A stretch of DNA of 62,540 nt, counting the filler. It is 4 parts of 4 records of this genome, joined end to end, with 100 filler letters (N's around TTAATTAATTAA, not from the genome) between each part and the next. Parts side by side here need not be neighbours in the genome. Positions count along the whole stretch, not along the records: positions 53,690 to 62,540 come from SRR20825006_1569; 3 more parts are not named here. One strand, written 5' to 3'. Below the pieces are notes generated by a model. It did not search any database and was not told the origin of the DNA. It was given only the letters and a program-made list of their open reading frames with translations. Shown in pieces: positions 58,507 to 62,540 of the stretch (its first letter is position 1; every line of letters starts with the position of its first letter). The position numbers and the translations under genes were made by a program.

Positions 58507-59841
58507 TTAGTAAATTGCGATTGCCGGAAAGAGGATCAGCAGGCCGACGGCCAGTACCTGAAGGCAAATGAACGGCGTGAGGGATTTGAAAATCTCGCCC
58601 AAAGAGATGTCGGGCGGGGTCACGCTTTTGAGATAAAACGCGGCGGGCCCGAAAGGCGGCGTCAGGAAAGAGACCTGCATGTTCATGGCAAACAGGACGC
58701 CAAACCAGACCGGATCATAGCCAAGCTCAAGAATGATCGGCACGAAAATCGGCATGGTCAAAAGTGCGATGCCAACCCAGTCAAGAAACATGCCGAGGAT
58801 GAAAAGGATCAGCATCATGAACAGGATGATCACCATCGGCTCGTCTGAAATGCCGGAAATCAGCTGCGAAATAAAGCGGATGCCGCCCATCAGATTGTAA
58901 ACGCCGACGAGTGCGCTGGCACCAATGCCGATCCACATGATCATGCCGACGGTTGCCAATGTGTGCAGCGCTGCATCAAGCAACATGCGGAACGAGAATT
59001 CCCGGCGCAGAATGGTCGAGACGATGACACCTGCAACGCCGATGGCCGAGGCCTCAGTGACCGAGGCGACACCGCCATAAATCGATCCAAGAACCGTAAA
59101 AACAACCAGAAATGGTAGAACGAGACCGCGCAGCAGTGGCAAGTTATCGCGGAACGAGACACGCTCGACAGGCGGCGGCGGTGCGGCATTCGGATCAAGA
59201 TAGGAGCGCAGAAGAACATAGGCGATATAAAGCCCCGCCAGCATGAAGCCCGGCAGGAAGGCCGCGGTGAAAAGGTCACCGACCGAAATATTGGCGGTCA
59301 GGCCGTAAATGATCAGAACGATCGATGGTGGGACCATTGTACCGAGCGAACCACCGGCACAGACAACGCCGATTGCCAAGCGCTTATTATAGCCAAGGCG
59401 CAGCATCTGAGGCAAAGCGACAAGGCCAAGCAGCACGATTTCACCGCCGATAATCCCGCTCATCGCGGCAAGAATAACGGCCACGAAAATAGTCTGGACC
59501 GCGACGCCGCCGCGAAGACGTCCGCCGACGAGTTTCATCGCGTCAAACAAATCACGCGCAATACCGGAACGGTCAAGGATTGCCGCCATCAGCACAAACA
59601 TCGGCACCGAGACAAAGACAAAGGAGGATACGAAACTGTAAACGCGGCTGGTGATCAACGGCACCGAGCTTGGTCCAAACCAGCCCACCGCAAAGATCAG
59701 CGCGACAAGCAAGGTCACCATTGCAAGCGGCGTTCCGGTCAATAACAGCGCGACCAGAAGGGCGAACATCAGCAATGTTCCCCAGCCGATCCCCAGCGCC
59801 TTGAGGTTCAGTCCAAGATCAAGAAGGTCAAACATCGTCAT
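58507..59841 (-). CDS. dctM: TRAP transporter large permease
   Basis: SVPMF, GSLGTMVPPS, VTEAS, GMFLDW, SFLTPPFG. Confidence 0.94.
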   Translation of the reverse strand: MTMFDLLDLGLNLKALGIGWGTLLMFALLVALLLTGTPLAMVTLLVALIFAVGWFGPSSVPLITSRVYSFVSSFVFVSVPMFVLMAAILDRSGIARDLFDAMKLVGGRLRGGVAVQTIFVAVILAAMSGIIGGEIVLLGLVALPQMLRLGYNKRLAIGVVCAGGSLGTMVPPSIVLIIYGLTANISVGDLFTAAFLPGFMLAGLYIAYVLLRSYLDPNAAPPPPVERVSFRDNLPLLRGLVLPFLVVFTVLGSIYGGVASVTEASAIGVAGVIVSTILRREFSFRMLLDAALHTLATVGMIMWIGIGASALVGVYNLMGGIRFISQLISGISDEPMVIILFMMLILFILGMFLDWVGIALLTMPIFVPIILELGYDPVWFGVLFAMNMQVSFLTPPFGPAAFYLKSVTPPDISLGEIFKSLTPFICLQVLAVGLLILFPAIAIY

Positions 59842-60427
59842 GCCCTTTTGGCGCTTTGGTGCCGCGTGCGTAATTGAAAGTCAGGATGAGAAACTGAACA
59901 CTCATGGTAACCAGCACGCATAGCAGGAATATTTTCAAAACTGCAGGCGCAGGAGAGTTCCAGGCACTTCCGCTGGTTTCCAGTGCGAAGCTGCCATCCG
60001 GACGGAACATCGCCTTTTTCGCCATCAGCCAGGAAGCCCATGCGAAAAACAGGCTGGCCCCCAGACAGGCGATTGAAATGATCACGTCAAGCACATGGCG
60101 CACAGGCGATCTGACAACATCGTAAACCAGGACAACGCGGATATGCGTGTTGCGCGCAACACAGTAAAGTCCGCCAAAGATAAAGGTGAGCGCACTTAAG
60201 AATATGGTTGTCTCATGCGCCCAAATCGTTGGCCGGTTAAACACATAGCGCAGGAACACCTCGGTCACGAGGATCGCCATGGCCGCAAGGATACAGATCG
60301 CAAAGGCACGTGCGGCGACTGTTATCGCCCGTCCAAGCCAACCGGCCTGCGACAGGGCTTCAAGGTGAGGCGTGCCGGTTTTCGGCACATCAGGTGCGAT
60401 AGGAGTGTGGTCAAGGCGCGCGGACAT
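59828..60427 (-). CDS. dctQ: TRAP transporter small permease
   Basis: EVFLRYVFNRPTIWAHE, HIRV; 4 TMs. Confidence 0.92.
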   Translation of the reverse strand: MSARLDHTPIAPDVPKTGTPHLEALSQAGWLGRAITVAARAFAICILAAMAILVTEVFLRYVFNRPTIWAHETTIFLSALTFIFGGLYCVARNTHIRVVLVYDVVRSPVRHVLDVIISIACLGASLFFAWASWLMAKKAMFRPDGSFALETSGSAWNSPAPAVLKIFLLCVLVTMSVQFLILTFNYARGTKAPKGHDDV

Positions 60428-60469
60428 GGCTGGCCAATCGTTTCAAGCAAAGTGATGATCGGATAAGGA

Positions 60470-60494
60470 TCCGGGCGCGATTAATGCGCCCGGA
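60470..60494 (-). promoter_or_regulatory. Intercistronic hairpin after dctP
   Basis: TCCGGGCGC-7nt-GCGCCCGGA, 9 nt after the dctP stop. Confidence 0.55.
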
Positions 60495-60503
60495 GGTATT
60501 GTG

Positions 60504-61520
60504 TCAGTCCAACAGACCTTGCGATTCCAGATACTTGGTCAGCAAATCATAGACCTTTTGCGCATTTTCTGAGCTCGCAGCGACCTTTGACCACTGGGCC
60601 ATTGCGATGGTACGGAATTTTGCACGTTCTTCAGCCGACCAGTTGTGAACGGTGATGGACGGATCTGCTTTTGCTTCAGCCACCGCGATCAGATCATTCA
60701 TCGACAACCGGGCGACCGCGTCCTGAGCAAAGTCACGCACGGAAACAGTCATGATTTCCTGCAGGTCTTCGGGCATCGCATTCCATTTCTCAAGGTTCAT
60801 CGATACCTCGACCAATGGCATGGAATGGAAGCCCGGATAGACAGGATGTTTGCCAACCTTATGCAGGCCCTGCTGATGGTTGGTTGAAAACACCGTAGAG
60901 TCAGCTGCATCAATCACGCCCTTGTCGAGCGAGGTGTAGACTTCTGAATAAGGCAAGTTCACCGGTACAGCACCCGCAGCGGCAAAGACTTCCTGAATGA
61001 GACCTTCCGGTGCGCGTACTTTCAAGCCTTTAAGATCGGCAACGCCGTCAAGCGGGCGGTCGGAAACAAAGCCCTCAAGACCGGTTGTCGTCGCGCCGAC
61101 AAAATGCAGGCCGTATGGCTCTTCAAGTTCATTCATCAACTCATAGCCACCGCCGTAATTGATGAAACGGAACATTTCATCCGGCGAAGCCCATGCGCCG
61201 ATCGGGTTGGCAACAAGGCCAAACGCCGGGTCTTTGCCGGAGAAATAGCTAACATCGGTGATGTGGCCGTCCAGAATACCGGAGCCGACAGCTTCCTGTG
61301 TCTCGCTGTAATTGACAACCGCGCCGACAGGCAGAAGCTCAATCGCAATGCGGCCGCCCGACATTTTACTGACGCGCTCGGTCCACTCTTTTTGAATGGC
61401 AAAGTTCGGGTTTCCGGCCGGATCAACCGACTGGAATGTAAGATCAAATTCCTGCGCAGCGGCAGAAGTGCCGCTCAGCAGAAGTGCCGCAAAAGCTAGG
61501 CTTATATGTGTTCTTTTCAT
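60504..61520 (-). CDS. dctP: TRAP substrate-binding protein
   Basis: Signal peptide MKRTHIS (ATG 61520, GGAGG RBS), DLKGLKVR, EVYTSLDKGVIDA. Confidence 0.94.
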   Translation of the reverse strand: MKRTHISLAFAALLLSGTSAAAQEFDLTFQSVDPAGNPNFAIQKEWTERVSKMSGGRIAIELLPVGAVVNYSETQEAVGSGILDGHITDVSYFSGKDPAFGLVANPIGAWASPDEMFRFINYGGGYELMNELEEPYGLHFVGATTTGLEGFVSDRPLDGVADLKGLKVRAPEGLIQEVFAAAGAVPVNLPYSEVYTSLDKGVIDAADSTVFSTNHQQGLHKVGKHPVYPGFHSMPLVEVSMNLEKWNAMPEDLQEIMTVSVRDFAQDAVARLSMNDLIAVAEAKADPSITVHNWSAEERAKFRTIAMAQWSKVAASSENAQKVYDLLTKYLESQGLLD

Positions 61521-61608
61521 ATTTATTTCCTCCCTGATTAAAGCATGTTTTAGCGATCCCATGCCTTTGGACCATGTCGTAAATCAGTTTGTTTACCCAG
61601 CACCCAAG

Positions 61609-62540
61609 TCAGGCAGCGCCGCTTAAACGGGTTTGCGCCGGCGCGTTAACCAGATTACGCAACGTGCCGTCGCGCAGATATTGCATCGCGGTTTCAACCG
61701 ACAGACGGCGCGCATCGGCCACACTTTCAGGGCTCGACCATGCCGCATGGGGGGTTAAGAACAACCGCTCGCCAACAATCGGATCCTTGCCATTGGCATA
61801 GGCCAGCGCAATTGCGTCTTCGGGGGCGGGCGGCTCTACCGGCAGCACATCAATGCCCGCACCGGCAATCGTGCCATTTCGCAAGGCATCCAGCAGGGCT
61901 TCAATGTCGATAATCGCGCCGCGTGCGGTGTTGATCAGTATCGCATGGGGCTGCATCATGGCCAGCCTTTCAGCGTTGATCATTTTATGGCTTTCAGTCG
62001 TGAGCGGGCAATGCAGGCTGACGACATCACTTTGCGAAAGAAGGTCTTCAAGGCGGTCACAGCGATCAACACCGGCGGCAATTTCAGTACCGCGCGATAC
62101 CAGCGGATCATAGGCGAGAACGCGCATGCCGAATGCTTTTGCCCGAAGGGCTGCGGCAATGCCAATGCGGCCAAGGCCAACAACGCCGAATGTTTTGCCA
62201 CGAAGCCGTCCCAGCAACGGGGCACGGGCATGGTCAAAGCCATCCCGCGGTGAGTCCATCAGGTTTCTGTGGTAGGAACCAATACCGCGGCGCATGGTAA
62301 GCATCAGCGCAATGGCATGGTCGGCAACCTCGCTTGTGCCGTAGTCCGGCGTATTACACACAGGAATACCGGCCTCGGCAGCCGCATCCAGATCGATATG
62401 GTCAAAGCCGACACCGGCGCGAACAATGATGCGGCAACGATCGAGCTTTGCGATCACCTCGCGGGTGACCTTCATTTCGTGCCACACAACCATTGCATCG
62501 CATTTGCCCAGCACATCTGCCGGAATGTTATCAGGCGACC
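61609..62540 (-). CDS. D-isomer-specific 2-hydroxyacid dehydrogenase (CtBP-like), 5' end beyond window
   Basis: GVGFDHID, NTPDY, GLGRIG, LHCPL, NTARG, TPHAAW; frame is open to the window end. Confidence 0.92.
   Translation of the reverse strand, partial: SPDNIPADVLGKCDAMVVWHEMKVTREVIAKLDRCRIIVRAGVGFDHIDLDAAAEAGIPVCNTPDYGTSEVADHAIALMLTMRRGIGSYHRNLMDSPRDGFDHARAPLLGRLRGKTFGVVGLGRIGIAAALRAKAFGMRVLAYDPLVSRGTEIAAGVDRCDRLEDLLSQSDVVSLHCPLTTESHKMINAERLAMMQPHAILINTARGAIIDIEALLDALRNGTIAGAGIDVLPVEPPAPEDAIALAYANGKDPIVGERLFLTPHAAWSSPESVADARRLSVETAMQYLRDGTLRNLVNAPAQTRLSGAA

Noticed and set aside
1-62540. CRISPR arrays, cas genes, rRNA, phage genes, reverse transcriptases or known defence systems
   Set aside because: I found no regularly spaced repeat-spacer array or diagnostic protein motifs by eye; nearly all sequence is accounted for by the listed genes.

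Overview
This window is not one contiguous locus. It is four contigs joined by artificial 100-bp spacers (44 N + TTAATTAATTAA + 44 N at 13045-13144, 43168-43267 and 53590-53689), and they come from at least two, probably three, organisms. Contig 1 (1-13044) is AT-rich Flavobacteriaceae-type core genome: a T9SS cargo protein, M14 peptidase, NUDIX/pyrE, birA, rsfS-ftsH, cdsA-psd-ACBP and valS. Contig 2 (13145-43167) is also Flavobacteriaceae-like. It carries an msrA/OsmC redox cluster and an NtrC-type two-component system driving an expanded MacAB-TolC-like export operon. It also carries an uncharacterised Hpt-receiver-HEAT-GT2-LTA-synthase-like-YaiO polysaccharide synthesis/export operon, which faces a ligand-binding lipoprotein-histidine kinase-receiver module next to a tRNA-Ser 3' end. 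Contig 3 (43268-53589) is GC-rich alphaproteobacterial DNA with a small basic peptide, DUF1488, a ~2830-aa NdvB/Cgs-like cyclic beta-1,2-glucan synthase, a decayed IS110/IS1111 element that keeps its long 3' non-coding end (candidate bridge/seek RNA), and a partial amidohydrolase. Contig 4 (53690-62540) is intermediate-GC alphaproteobacterial DNA with two TRAP transporters and a dehydrogenase/GMC oxidoreductase/FAH catabolic operon. The best candidate for an undescribed system is the phosphorelay-controlled polysaccharide secretion locus at 32632-42710. All calls rest on motif recognition by eye; no database searches were run.
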